Shown here in pieces: positions 17,894-30,968 of a stretch of DNA of 64,000 nt. The stretch lies in NCBI GenBank assembly GCA_963695545.1, contig OY968796.1:1216001-1280000 (forward strand), read 5' to 3'. The position numbers were made by a program, and so were the translations under genes. Under the pieces are notes generated by a model that was given only the letters and a program-made list of their open reading frames with translations, had not been told where the DNA came from and did not search any database. The first letter of the stretch is position 1. Each line of letters opens with the position of its first letter. This stretch comes from Terriglobia bacterium. Its GTDB lineage: Bacteria; Acidobacteriota; Terriglobia; Acidiferrales; UBA7541.

Positions 17894-19612
17894 ATGCGTA
17901 CCCTGCGAGTGATTTTCGTGATATTGGCATTGAGCGTGATCCCATTGCGCGCGGCTGATCAGCCGGACACGTTGAATCAGGTGGAGGACCGCATCTTCGC
18001 GCAAGAGCACGCGGAGATCACCACCCTCAAGCAGTACTCGCCGCTGGTGGAAACCTACATCCAGGAGCTTCGCGCGGACAAGGATCTGGGCACCGTGCCG
18101 GCCGGCGACAAATATTTTCTGGGCCGCGCCGAGCTGGCCAAGGGCGTGGATCTCGTGCCTTTGACCTCGGAGGGAAACAAGGGCCACCGGATCATGTCCG
18201 GCTTGGGCTCGGTATTTAGCCTGCAGATGGATTTCCTGCCCCGCGGCTTCTTGCAGATGATTTATCTCGACGACACCGCTTTCGACCGCGAACACTACAA
18301 AATGGATTATGTGCGCCGCGAATTCCTGGGTGAGGTTCGCTGCCTGGTGTTTGACGTGACGCCGTTGCCCCACGCCGGCAAGGGACGCTTCACCGGTCGC
18401 ATCTGGGTCGAGGACCAGGATTACCACGTGGTTCGTTTCAACGGCGGGTACACCGGCAGTTCGTCCGGCAGCTTCTATTTCCACTTCGACAGCTGGCGCG
18501 TGAACGCCGGCCCGAATCTGTGGCTGCCCGCGTTCATTTACAGCGAAGAGTCCAACTTGCATTACGCCGTGGGCAAGACGCTGCAGTTCAAAGGGCAGAC
18601 GCGGCTGTGGGGCTACAACCTGGGTCAGGCCCGGGAAGAAGAGGAGTTGAGCAAAGTTCTGGTGGAAGCGCCGACCTCGGTCGACGACCAAACGCAGAAT
18701 GCAAACGACCTTTCGCCGGTGCAGGCGCAGCGCTCCTGGGACCACCAGGCGGAAGACAACGTCACGGACCGCCTCGAGCGTATGGGTCTTCTGGCGCCAA
18801 AAGGCGACGTGGACAAGGTTCTGGAAACGGTTGTCAACAATCTCGAAGTGACCAACAACCTGGACATCGAGCCCGAAATACGCTGCCGCGTGCTGCTCAC
18901 CTCGACGCTGGAATCGTTCACCATCGGTCACACCATCGTTTTGAGCCGCGGCCTGATCGACGTTTTGCCAGATGAAGCGAGCCTTGCAACGATGCTCGCG
19001 CACGAACTGGCCAGCGTGGTGCTCGGCTATCGCATCAATTCGCAATACGCTTTCTTCGATAACATTCTGTTCGACGATAAGGACGTCTTCCGCCACTTCG
19101 GATTCGCGCGCACTCCGGAAGAGGATCAAGCCGCGGACGTAGAGGCCGCCAAGTTACTGCGCAACTCTCCGTACAAAGACCAACTGGCGACGGCCAACCT
19201 CTTCATTCAGGCTCTCGATCAGCGCTCCAAGGAAATTCCCAACTTGATCAGCCCGCACTTGGGTGATCGTGTTCCGGTGAGCATGACGATCCAAGCGACT
19301 GCTTCTTCGACGGAACCGACATCGGCTCCGCCGGCTGCGGCGCCCGCGAATCTAATTGTGGCGTTGCCGCTCGGCGGCCGCGTGAAGATGGATCCGTGGG
19401 ACGATTCACTGGAAATGCTGAAGAGCAAGCCGGTCGGCACGGTGGCCGAGCGCGAAAAGATGCCCTTCGAGGTCACGCCGTTCATGTTGTATCTGACTCG
19501 CGAAAGCGCTGGCTCATCCGCGCAAACGCCCGGCGCCGGCGCGGTTTCCGCTTCACAGGACGACACGGCAACACCGCAACCGGCCGCCGCCGATCCGTCA
19601 AAACAGCAGTAA
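17894..19612 (+). CDS. Secreted protein with a peptidase M48-like domain and a degenerate zinc motif
   Basis: Signal peptide; GHTIVLSRGLIDVLPDEASLATMLAHELAS; EEDQAAD. Confidence 0.75.
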   Translation: MRTLRVIFVILALSVIPLRAADQPDTLNQVEDRIFAQEHAEITTLKQYSPLVETYIQELRADKDLGTVPAGDKYFLGRAELAKGVDLVPLTSEGNKGHRIMSGLGSVFSLQMDFLPRGFLQMIYLDDTAFDREHYKMDYVRREFLGEVRCLVFDVTPLPHAGKGRFTGRIWVEDQDYHVVRFNGGYTGSSSGSFYFHFDSWRVNAGPNLWLPAFIYSEESNLHYAVGKTLQFKGQTRLWGYNLGQAREEEELSKVLVEAPTSVDDQTQNANDLSPVQAQRSWDHQAEDNVTDRLERMGLLAPKGDVDKVLETVVNNLEVTNNLDIEPEIRCRVLLTSTLESFTIGHTIVLSRGLIDVLPDEASLATMLAHELASVVLGYRINSQYAFFDNILFDDKDVFRHFGFARTPEEDQAADVEAAKLLRNSPYKDQLATANLFIQALDQRSKEIPNLISPHLGDRVPVSMTIQATASSTEPTSAPPAAAPANLIVALPLGGRVKMDPWDDSLEMLKSKPVGTVAEREKMPFEVTPFMLYLTRESAGSSAQTPGAGAVSASQDDTATPQPAAADPSKQQ

Positions 19613-19643
19613 CGTCGCCGCCAGCCGCTGCGGCTAACGATTT

Positions 19644-19680
19644 CGGCCGGCCCCTTCATCGGGCCGGCCGTTTTCTTTTC
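19644..19680 (+). terminator. Intrinsic terminator
   Basis: CGGCCGGCCC/GGGCCGGCCG stem followed by TTTTCTTTT. Confidence 0.8.
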
Positions 19681-19728
19681 TGCGTGCCGCGTCGAATCAC
19701 GCGATCGAAAACTGCATTCCCAAAAACA

Positions 19729-19762
19729 ACAACGGCGTCCCGACCTCTCGGGACGCCGTTGT
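19729..19762 (-). terminator. Probable terminator hairpin for the TonB receptor gene
   Basis: ACAACGGCGTCCCGA/TCGGGACGCCGTTGT stem with an A-rich flank on the + strand. Confidence 0.7.
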
Positions 19763-19791
19763 CTTGCGGATTTGCTTCCGATTTGAGTTAG

Positions 19792-22700
19792 CTAGAACTC
19801 AAACGTGAAACCAGTCTGCAGTTGTCGCGCGCCGTAGAGCGCGCCGCTGGTTGTGGCTGGAGCCCGGAAGCCCGAAAACGGCAGGAAGCAGCCCACCACG
19901 CCCGGATGTGTTCCCGTCCCGCACGTGGTTGAGGTTGTCGTCGCCTGGGTGTATGTGAATGCCTCCGTGTTAACGTCCTGAATCAGCTCGCTGTTGAATA
20001 GGTTGAACGCTTCGGCGCGAAGCTCGAGTTTGAACCGTTCATGAATAGTGAAATCTCGTTCAACGCGCAAGTCGATGTTTGTCGTCGTCGGCAAATTGAA
20101 AGAGTTGCGCGGCAGCCACACGGCCCGTCCGCCACCGGAACTGGCGAACGTGCTCACCACGGCGCCGGTCATTCCGCCATCGGGTCCGTTGACGCCAGCG
20201 AACGTCGAACCACCGAGTTCGGCGGTGTACGGTTGGCCGGTGGCGGCAGTGACGATCGTGGACAGCGCCCAGCCGTTCAGGAACTGGCGCTCAAACATGC
20301 CGCCATGGGCGTAGTTGGGAGTCCACGCGAGGCTTGCGACAAAGCGGTGCCGCTGATCGAGATCGGAATAAGAATAATCTGCATTGAGGTTATAGGGATC
20401 GGTCACATCATCGGTTCCGAAGAACGTGCCGCTATTTCCCTCTGAATTGGTTCCCCCGGTGATCTGTCCATCATCCAGCGCCTTGCTGTAGGTGTAATTG
20501 GCCAGCAACTCGAAGCTGTGACTCAACGGCTTTCGAATCGTCAATACCAGGCCGTTGTACCAGGAATCGACGGCGCTGTATTGATTGAGAATGATGCCCG
20601 CAGTTGGGTTCAGGCGCGCGGAGTAAACGGGCACCGTCGTGGTCAGCGTCGTCGGACTTCCGGCCGTAGAGCCTGACAGTACGTCGTAGCTAATTGTGCC
20701 GGTGCTCGGAGCGATGTTGGAATCGTAACTCGCAGGAAGGTGCAAGCCGCGGCTCACCAAATATGTAGCCGAGACGGCAATGTTCCCCGGCAATTGATGC
20801 TCCAGGGTCACTTCGCCCTCGTCTGCTCTCGGATTCACAAAATCCGGTTCCATCCCGTGAATCGCCTGAACAGAAGTGGGCAGGGTGGCGGCGCCGAGCG
20901 TGGTGCAGGTTGGGGCGTTCCCGGGCGTGGCCGTTGTGGTGCAGACGGCGGCGGGCGTGAGTGCGCCAGAAAACGGCGCCGCGAGCGCAGGTCCTGGCGG
21001 AGTAAAGAACACATCCGGGAAAATCGGCGCGCAATTCTTGAGCGCCGTATTTGAGCTAGATGGTGAGCAGCCCGAGAACGTCTGCTGGTAAATCCCGTTT
21101 TCCACGCGCAGCGCGTAATACGTGCTGTTGGACGTCTTGCCGTAGAAGATTCCGTATCCCATGCGCAGCACGGTGTTCTTCGAGAATTGCCACGCGATGC
21201 CGATTCTGGGAGCGACGTTTCCCTTGTCGATATTCAGCGTAGAAGTGTCCAGTATCTGCAGCGGAGTAGCGTTCGGATTGTTGGCGGTGTTGTTCGGGTG
21301 CGGCGGCTCTGGGACGTGCTGGATGTCGTATCGCATGCCCAGATTGAACGTCAAATTGGGGCGCACCTTCCAAGTGTCCTCAACGTAGGCCCCAAAATCG
21401 TTGTCGTAGAAGTCATCCGCTCCGTCGTGCGTAATCGGATCCTCTACTTGCGTGAAGCTGCCGTAGTGCCGGCCCGTCAAGCCATCGCCAAGGTTGACGC
21501 CAAACACGTCAGCGCTCCAGGAGCAGAATTCCTGCTGGACCGCCGACGCGGCGGGAGCCAAACATGCCGCGCCCACCGAAGCCGGGAGAACCGGATCGGT
21601 GCTGTTGCTGTAGCTGTAACTTCCGTCGCCCTGGAAGAGATTGATGAGCAGCTCGTGGATGAGGTTCACGTCCACGCCGACTTTCACGCTGTGCTCGCCC
21701 TTCTGGATCGAGAAATCGTCGGACATCTGATAGCGATGCTCGTCCGGAAAAGCCGGCCGCGGCAAAGCGCTGGTTTCTCCGTAGGTTGTGAGGCTGGATA
21801 TAGACGTGAACGGGCCGGGACCGTTCGTACTATCGTATTCATAATCCTGGCCCCACTGGAAGCGCACATCATTGACCTTGTTGCCGCCGAATGTGGATGT
21901 CCAGTTGCCGATGAAGAACCGCTCATGCGTCGCGCCGAAACCGTTCACGGTTACGCCGGCATTCGACGCCGTGGCGGAGGTGTTGTATCCATCGGGTTCA
22001 TCCCAGTCCTGGATGTTGAGGACCGCGCTCAGGTGGTTGGCCGGAGTGAGCTGATAATCGAGCTTGCCGAATCCGATGTTCTGTTTCAAGTCCCGGGGAA
22101 AAGCGCCCTGAAGATCGCCGGTGATGAAACTCTGCGCTTCGCTGCACTGCGTGGTGGTGACCTGCGTGGGACACACCAGGCTGCTAATCGGCGACGCAAA
22201 GGTTGTGAAGTAAAGAATCGGATTGACCTTCCGGAAGCCGTCGTAAGTGCCGAAGAAAAACAGTTTGTCCTTCTTGATCGGCGTGCCGATGCTCCCGCCG
22301 AATTGTTGCTGCTGGTGAACGGTCTGCGTCGGCGCCAGGTGATTTGCGACCAATCCCTCTGTCGCGGCCGGATCCAGCGCGTTCAGGCTCGGATAGCGCA
22401 AGTTGTAGAAAACATCGCCGTGCACATCGTTGGTGCCGGATTTCGTTACCGCGTTCACCACGCCGCCGGCCGCTTGCCCGTATTCCGCGCTGTAGTTGCT
22501 GTTGTTGACCTGAAATTCCTGAATCGAATCGGCGCTGTACACATACGCAACAATGATGGTGCGGCCGCGCGCTTCGGAGAAGAACGCCTGCGTGTTGTTC
22601 GCGCCGTCCACCATGTTCCCGTTATACAGAGCGGAAATCCCGCGAAAGCTAGAGAGTCCACTGGTGCCGTCGGTCGTGACCCCCGGGGTGAGGAGCACGA

Positions 22701-23196
22701 AATCCTCCCACCGCCGCCCGTTGATGGGCAGCCCGTCGACGAGGTTTTCGCTTACGGTCTGCGCTAATGCCGTTTTTTGCGTTTCGATCAGGGGCGTTTC
22801 CCCGGTTACCGTGATGCTCGCCTGGGTCGAAACCAGCGGAAGAGCTGCATCTACCGTCAGCCGCCCGCCCACTTGCACCACGATGTCCGTGTGTGTGTAC
22901 ACCGCAAAACCGTCTTTCGTGACCGTGACCGTGTAATGGCCCGGCTGCAGCGAAGTCGCCGAATAGAACCCATCGCTATTGGTCTCGAAGTTGTGCGCAA
23001 TACCGGTGTCGGTGTCCAGCACGACGATCGCTGCACCTGGCACTGCGGCGCCCGATGGATCCGTCACCGTGCCAATTATGGTGCCGCTGGTGGACGATTG
23101 CGCCCCCGCATTTGTGGACAAAGCGCACGCCAGAACCAGAGCGCCGCCGATTACGAAGACACCCCTAAAAATGACCTTGAGTTTATCTAGGCTCAC
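19792..23196 (-). CDS. TonB-dependent receptor, Oar-like, with N-terminal carboxypeptidase-regulatory-like domain
   Basis: GTVTDPSGAAVPGA, LPINGR, DSIQEFQV...YSAEYGQAAGGVVNAVTKSGTN, FNLFN, C-terminal RQLQTGFTFEF. Confidence 0.95.
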   Translation of the reverse strand: MSLDKLKVIFRGVFVIGGALVLACALSTNAGAQSSTSGTIIGTVTDPSGAAVPGAAIVVLDTDTGIAHNFETNSDGFYSATSLQPGHYTVTVTKDGFAVYTHTDIVVQVGGRLTVDAALPLVSTQASITVTGETPLIETQKTALAQTVSENLVDGLPINGRRWEDFVLLTPGVTTDGTSGLSSFRGISALYNGNMVDGANNTQAFFSEARGRTIIVAYVYSADSIQEFQVNNSNYSAEYGQAAGGVVNAVTKSGTNDVHGDVFYNLRYPSLNALDPAATEGLVANHLAPTQTVHQQQQFGGSIGTPIKKDKLFFFGTYDGFRKVNPILYFTTFASPISSLVCPTQVTTTQCSEAQSFITGDLQGAFPRDLKQNIGFGKLDYQLTPANHLSAVLNIQDWDEPDGYNTSATASNAGVTVNGFGATHERFFIGNWTSTFGGNKVNDVRFQWGQDYEYDSTNGPGPFTSISSLTTYGETSALPRPAFPDEHRYQMSDDFSIQKGEHSVKVGVDVNLIHELLINLFQGDGSYSYSNSTDPVLPASVGAACLAPAASAVQQEFCSWSADVFGVNLGDGLTGRHYGSFTQVEDPITHDGADDFYDNDFGAYVEDTWKVRPNLTFNLGMRYDIQHVPEPPHPNNTANNPNATPLQILDTSTLNIDKGNVAPRIGIAWQFSKNTVLRMGYGIFYGKTSNSTYYALRVENGIYQQTFSGCSPSSSNTALKNCAPIFPDVFFTPPGPALAAPFSGALTPAAVCTTTATPGNAPTCTTLGAATLPTSVQAIHGMEPDFVNPRADEGEVTLEHQLPGNIAVSATYLVSRGLHLPASYDSNIAPSTGTISYDVLSGSTAGSPTTLTTTVPVYSARLNPTAGIILNQYSAVDSWYNGLVLTIRKPLSHSFELLANYTYSKALDDGQITGGTNSEGNSGTFFGTDDVTDPYNLNADYSYSDLDQRHRFVASLAWTPNYAHGGMFERQFLNGWALSTIVTAATGQPYTAELGGSTFAGVNGPDGGMTGAVVSTFASSGGGRAVWLPRNSFNLPTTTNIDLRVERDFTIHERFKLELRAEAFNLFNSELIQDVNTEAFTYTQATTTSTTCGTGTHPGVVGCFLPFSGFRAPATTSGALYGARQLQTGFTFEF

Positions 23197-23459
23197 ATTT
23201 TCCCCCTGAAATGCAATTTCCCTCCAAAAACACTACCCCGCGTTCCCCGATACGGGAAACGCAAAATCACAATGCGCATTTTCGGAATATTGAATCCTAC
23301 CGAGCCCGGCTCCCACCCCTGGGACCAGCGCTCCGATTGTTTTGCCGGAAAAGCCGAACCTTGTCAAGCCGGATGATTCGCCTTCCGCGCCCGAAAATGT
23401 CCCTGAGGAAAACGTGAGGATTTTTCGCAGCTCGCCGAAAAAACCTTGCGATTCGACAC

Positions 23460-23487
23460 TTGACGCATACAAGATTGCTGCTATACT
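23460..23487 (+). promoter_or_regulatory. Sigma70-type promoter for the 23S-5S unit
   Basis: TTGACG-N16-TATACT about 560 bp upstream of the 23S gene. Confidence 0.8.
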
Positions 23488-23654
23488 CCTTAGTTGGCCG
23501 CTGAGTCTCGGCCAAACGGGTCTCGATCAGGGTCATAACCTTCAGGCTTTCGGGTCCTGCGTAAGGCTCGGAGTGAGGTCGGTTACGAATACCGGATAGA
23601 CAATTAGTCGAGCATCGCGCGAATCCGTTCCTACGGAGTATAGGGACGGCTTGG

Positions 23655-23679
23655 CCCGGCGCTCGACGCCGGGTTTTTT
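23655..23679 (+). terminator. Terminator-like hairpin inside the rRNA leader
   Basis: CCCGGCG-CTCGA-CGCCGGG followed by T6. Confidence 0.6.
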
Positions 23680-23731
23680 GTTGTCTAAAGCCTGCCGCGA
23701 GGCACCGCTTGTTAAGCAGCAAGAAGCAAAA

Positions 23732-23766
23732 GCTCCGCCAGGCGTGGAGCATACGTTCTTTGACAA
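23732..23766 (+). promoter_or_regulatory. rRNA antitermination signal: boxB-like hairpin and boxA
   Basis: GCTCCGC..GTGGAGC hairpin then GTTCTTTGACAA (23755-23766). Confidence 0.75.
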
Positions 23767-24047
23767 CTGAATAGCTGGCTTGGCACACGCGATTGCGCCT
23801 TCGCACGAAGGCGTGGCCGTGGCGTGTCAGCCGCAAATTTGTTCGAGTAGAGCGAATTGTGGAAAGGCGAGCTTGCTCGACGCGACAGCGTGTTTGTGTC
23901 CTCAGCTGCATTTCAGCTGCGGCCCGCAGACATGGCACCCTGAAGAACGTATAGGAGGGCTGCAAGACCTTCCTGACCACGTTTACCAGGGTTCCGAATC
24001 TCACTGAGTGATCAGGTATGAATCGGGACGTGTGGGGTAAGTTTTAT

Positions 24048-27019
<2,972 letters not shown>

Positions 27020-27282
27020 TAAAACTTTCCCAACTCGTCGCATTGCGACGTCGCTTTCAGACGCCGCAATCACAAAAGAGTTGGGCAAGTTTGGGCAACA
27101 AAGCGTCTTTCTCAAATTGTTCTACTCATTCACAAAAATCATTCACACGAATGATCTTCACAAATTGTGCGGATTTGCGGCAATGCCAGCTAATTCAGTT
27201 GCGAAGCTCGATGGCTTTGGATTTCCTCCGAAGCAGCGCTCTCGAGATTCGAGCCTGCTCATATTTTGCAGGCTCATCAATT

Positions 27283-27400
<118 letters not shown>

Positions 27401-27410
27401 TTAATTCCAA

Positions 27411-27446
27411 GGGCTCCGATTCCTAAACCGAATCGGAGCCCTTTTT
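27411..27446 (+). terminator. rRNA unit terminator
   Basis: GGGCTCCGATTC/GAATCGGAGCCC stem plus T-run. Confidence 0.9.
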
Positions 27447-27490
27447 ATTTTCCGGCGCGATTCTGGTCTCCTGCATGGCTCACGAAAACC

Positions 27491-27511
27491 GGAAAATGTC
27501 CCGTCTGCCCC
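27491..27511 (+). repeat. REP-like repeat, copy 1
   Basis: GGAAAATGTCCCGTCTGCCCC. Confidence 0.75.
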
Positions 27512-27604
27512 TGACCTGCCCCGGGGCGGCAACGTTGCAGGCCGGAAATGCGTCACACCAGATATAGAATTTAGCGGGGAACTTGTCCGATGGAGGGTTC
27601 GGCG

Positions 27605-27991
27605 ATGAAGAAAATTCTATTGGCCGCGTTCGCACTATGGTTGATGGGCGCACCAGTGGCGCAGGGGCAGACAAAAACATTCCGATTATATCTTGCTCCA
27701 AATTCGACTGTCGCCCTCCCTGACATCGTGAAAAATCTGGTCTCCAAGTGCCCGAGCACCACGATGACGATCGACGCCCAAAAATCCGATTTCATGCTCC
27801 AAGCATGGGGCTGGTCCGGCAACTATAAATTCACCGTTTTCGAGCGCGGCGGCACCGCCGTTTACGGCACCACGACCGTGACGCTCTCGAATGCCGTCAA
27901 AGACGTTTGTCACTTCCTCCAATCCCCCAGGCTCAGCAGAATATCGGTCCCGCCGCACCCCCCAGCAGCCCACCGCAGGCCGTCTATGTGA
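27605..27991 (+). CDS. Small secreted hypothetical protein, possibly the 5' half of a frameshifted gene
   Basis: Signal peptide MKKILLAAFALWLMGAPVAQG, two Cys, GGAGG RBS. Confidence 0.7.
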   Translation: MKKILLAAFALWLMGAPVAQGQTKTFRLYLAPNSTVALPDIVKNLVSKCPSTTMTIDAQKSDFMLQAWGWSGNYKFTVFERGGTAVYGTTTVTLSNAVKDVCHFLQSPRLSRISVPPHPPAAHRRPSM

Positions 27992-28386
27992 GTGCCGATT
28001 CCCTTAACATCGTTCGCGGCGCTCTGACGAATGCCGCCGACGATTTGCGGAACGCCGCGAACCAAAGCGATTACGTCCAGAAAGCGACTGCAGAGATCGA
28101 CCAAGCGCTGGAGGACGCCAAACAAGCGGCAGCACATATCCACGACGATTCCGGTGCGGCGGTTCCGCTACCATCCCCCAACTTCGATGCTCCGCCACCA
28201 CCGGCGCCGCGAACCAACTTCATGTTGTACGCGTCTCTCGAAAGACTAAGGTTCGCTTACCAAGCCTTGACCCGAGTTCCAGACGGTGATTTCGGAGGCT
28301 ACCGCACGCGAATGAATGACGACATCGCGGCCGCTGCCGGAGTCTTGGTCAACGGCATCGCCTCATACAACGCCCGGCATCCGTAG
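27907..28386 (+). CDS. Helical hypothetical protein, possibly the 3' half of the gene starting at 27605
   Basis: Amphipathic helices and DFGGYR; no good start; one extra C in the C5 run at 27924-27928 would fuse the frames. Confidence 0.55.
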   Translation: MSLPPIPQAQQNIGPAAPPSSPPQAVYVSADSLNIVRGALTNAADDLRNAANQSDYVQKATAEIDQALEDAKQAAAHIHDDSGAAVPLPSPNFDAPPPPAPRTNFMLYASLERLRFAYQALTRVPDGDFGGYRTRMNDDIAAAAGVLVNGIASYNARHP

Positions 28387-28456
28387 TAGACGCAGAAGAT
28401 GAAGAAACATCAGAAAACGCAGCATCTTTCAAATCCGACAATCGAGGACGACAATC

Positions 28457-28594
28457 GGGGACAGACGCGACGTTCTCCGTCTTTCTGGGAACGCGCGCAT
28501 AGAATAGCGATTGGCGGTGCGAGACATTCGCGACCAGCATACGGACCAAGTGAGCCAGCGCCAAAAAAATTTAACAACTGTCCCGTCTGTCCCC
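28457..28594. repeat. REP-like inverted doublet, copies 2 and 3
   Basis: GGGGACAGACGCGACGTT from 28457 and AACTGTCCCGTCTGTCCCC ending 28594 face each other across about 95 bp. Confidence 0.8.
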
Positions 28595-28719
28595 GTTTTC
28601 CCGGCGAACAATCTTCGGATATCGCTGGCTGTCCTGCGATTGCGTTCTTCAGTTGGTTCTTCACCGAGCTGAATGTCCCTTTAGATCGCCATCGGAACGC
28701 ACGCCAGCGGCCAAACCAA

Positions 28720-29472
28720 TCAGATTTGGGCCATGCCGCCGTCGACGAAGAGTTCGATGCCCGTGACGTAGCTGCTTTCATCGGAAGCAAGGAAAGAAAC
28801 AACTTTGGCGACTTCGTCCAAGGTCCCCGTGCGACCGAGGGGTATGTTGACCACGGCGCTGTCTGCGTATTGCTTGATTTGTTCGTCAGTCAGGCCCAGG
28901 GAATTGCGGTAGCCCGGAGAAGGAATCACGCCAGGACTCACAGCGTTCACGCGGATCTTGCGGTCCTTGAGATCCGAGGTGAAGGTGCGCGCGAAGGACC
29001 GCACCGCCGCTTTGGATGCGCTGTATACACTGAGCGCGGGCGGTCCTGTCACGGAAACGATCGACGCATTCAGAATGATCGAGCTTCCATCCTTTAGCAG
29101 CGGAAGCGCCTTTTGCACGGAGAACAGTAGACCCTTGACGTTGGCATTGAACGTCTTGTCGAAATGCTCTTCAGTGATTGTGCCCAGGGGGCCAAATTCC
29201 CCAGTGCCGGCATTGGCGAATAGAATGTCGATATGCCCCTTCTCCCGCTTTACGGTGTCGTATAACCGGTCAAGATCGGCGAGATTGGAAACGTCGCCCT
29301 GCACGGCCGTAACGTTTTTGCCGATCTGTTTCACCGCCGCGTCGAGTTCGTTTTGACGACGGCCGGTGATAAACACATACGCGCCCTCGGCAACGAAGCG
29401 TTGCGCCGTGGCCAGACCGATTCCGCTATTGCCTCCCGTGATGACGGCTATTTTTCCTTCCAGTTTGCTCAT
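28720..29472 (-). CDS. SDR-family oxidoreductase
   Basis: [40 protein letters not shown]. Confidence 0.96.
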   Translation of the reverse strand: MSKLEGKIAVITGGNSGIGLATAQRFVAEGAYVFITGRRQNELDAAVKQIGKNVTAVQGDVSNLADLDRLYDTVKREKGHIDILFANAGTGEFGPLGTITEEHFDKTFNANVKGLLFSVQKALPLLKDGSSIILNASIVSVTGPPALSVYSASKAAVRSFARTFTSDLKDRKIRVNAVSPGVIPSPGYRNSLGLTDEQIKQYADSAVVNIPLGRTGTLDEVAKVVSFLASDESSYVTGIELFVDGGMAQI

Positions 29473-29509
29473 GATCCTTTCCCTCCTTGATTTCCGGTCG
29501 CGTGATAGT

Positions 29510-29529
29510 TCTGTACCGCACAGTATAGA
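29510..29529. promoter_or_regulatory. Probable TetR operator
   Basis: Imperfect palindrome TCTGTAC-N6-GTATAGA between the divergent SDR and TetR genes; weaker copy near 29561. Confidence 0.55.
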
Positions 29530-29597
29530 TGTCCTAGCGGGTGAATGGTTGCAACAATTGTGTATCGGCCGGTAAGGAAGGAGCATCCAAGGTGGGT

Positions 29598-30206
29598 ATG
29601 AAACATAACAAATCCTCAGGACGCACAGGACGTCCCCGCTCCTTCGATATCGACAAAGCCCTGGACCGTGCGTTGCAGGTGTTCTGGCGGAAGGGATATG
29701 AGGGCACGTCTCTGTCGGACCTGACCAAAGCTGTGCACGTCAACCGCCCGAGCCTCTACGCCGCCTTCGGTGACAAGAAAGCGCTGTTTCGCAGGGCGCT
29801 AGATCGTTACTTGAACGGGCCGGCGTCCTATACCCAAGAAGCATTGAAGGAGCCGACCGCCCGCGCGGTCGTTGAACGATTGTTGCAGGGCGCCGCCGAT
29901 TTGAACACCGCGCCGCGCAATCCGGGCGGCTGCCTCATGGTGCAAGGTGCGCTTGCCAGCGGCGCCGCGGGCGATTCCATCCGGCAGGAACTAATCGCGT
30001 GCCGCGCGGCGGGTGAGGCTGCGTTGCGCCGGCGCTTCCAGCGCGCGAAATCAGAACGTGACCTTCCGGCCGATACAGATCCAGCAGATCTTGCTCGCTA
30101 CCTGGCAGCGATGATCTACGGAATGGCAGTCCAGGCAGCAGGCGGAGCCAGCCGCGATAAATTGCAAAGCGTAATCGAGATGACCTTGCGAACTCTACCG
30201 CTATGA
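29598..30206 (+). CDS. TetR/AcrR-family regulator
   Basis: GRPRSFD...[15 protein letters not shown]...[16 protein letters not shown]. Confidence 0.95.
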   Translation: MKHNKSSGRTGRPRSFDIDKALDRALQVFWRKGYEGTSLSDLTKAVHVNRPSLYAAFGDKKALFRRALDRYLNGPASYTQEALKEPTARAVVERLLQGAADLNTAPRNPGGCLMVQGALASGAAGDSIRQELIACRAAGEAALRRRFQRAKSERDLPADTDPADLARYLAAMIYGMAVQAAGGASRDKLQSVIEMTLRTLPL

Positions 30207-30236
30207 GACAGCGCATGTTCACTTGTGATAGAAACC

Positions 30237-30258
30237 GGCGACAGACGGGACGTTTTCG
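30237..30258 (-). repeat. REP-like repeat, copy 4
   Basis: GGCGACAGACGGGACGTTTTCG. Confidence 0.75.
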
Positions 30259-30582
30259 AATAACCAACACATAATCATTGACGCGCAGTTAGAATGGTGC
30301 TATACTGCTGTGCGTAAGCGAATCACGCATCCCCGCCGCTGTATTTCTAGCACCCACCTAAGCACTTGCGTTGTTCGCGCCCCGAGTGCATTTTCGGGAA
30401 TGCGAGCTCTGAGCTTGCCCGCCGCGGCGTGCGAGTTGCAGGTCGGATTAGATTTATTCTTCAGATGTTCCGCGAAAGACGTAACGCATTTAGTTTCAGG
30501 CAATTATGAGTTGCTCCCCCACACATTTCCTGGAAGTCCTTTAACTGCTATCTTTTATGAGTTGGGTACCGGGGGTGGGGGT
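30255..30582 (+). repeat. Promoter-bearing non-coding element, copy A
   Basis: Starts TTCGAATAACC, TTGACG-N17-TATACT, ends TTTCCTGGAAGTC...TACCGGGGGTGGGGGT; both ends homologous to 44584-45001. Confidence 0.75.
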
Positions 30583-30586
30583 GCCT

Positions 30587-30966
30587 CTAGCTACCGCCGT
30601 CGCGCCCCTTCGGCTCCCACAGCTCGATGGAGTTTCCTTCCGGATCTTTGAGGCGCGCGAAGCGCCCGTTCGGATATTGTTCGGGATCTATCTCCACGGC
30701 CACGCCGGCCGAGTGAAGCTGCGCGACTATCGCGTCCAAATTCGCGACGCGAAAATTGATCATCCACTGCTTCCCGGCAACGCCAAAATATTCCGTATCG
30801 TCCGGAAACGGCGCAAACGCCGTCGGCCCAGCCTGCTGTTGCCACGGAGAGTCGTCGTAATTATCCGGCACCGGCTCCACGCCAAGATGATCGCGATACC
30901 ACGCCGCCAGCGCCTTCGGATCGCGGGCGCGAAAAAGAATCCTCCGATGCCAGCCACCTTGTGCAT
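30587..30966 (-). pseudogene. VOC/glyoxalase-family protein with a frameshift near 30931
   Basis: MHKVAGIGGFFF in one frame, RARDPKALAAWYRDHLGV...MINFRV...DPEGNSIELWEP in another. Confidence 0.85.
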
Positions 30967-30968
30967 TG

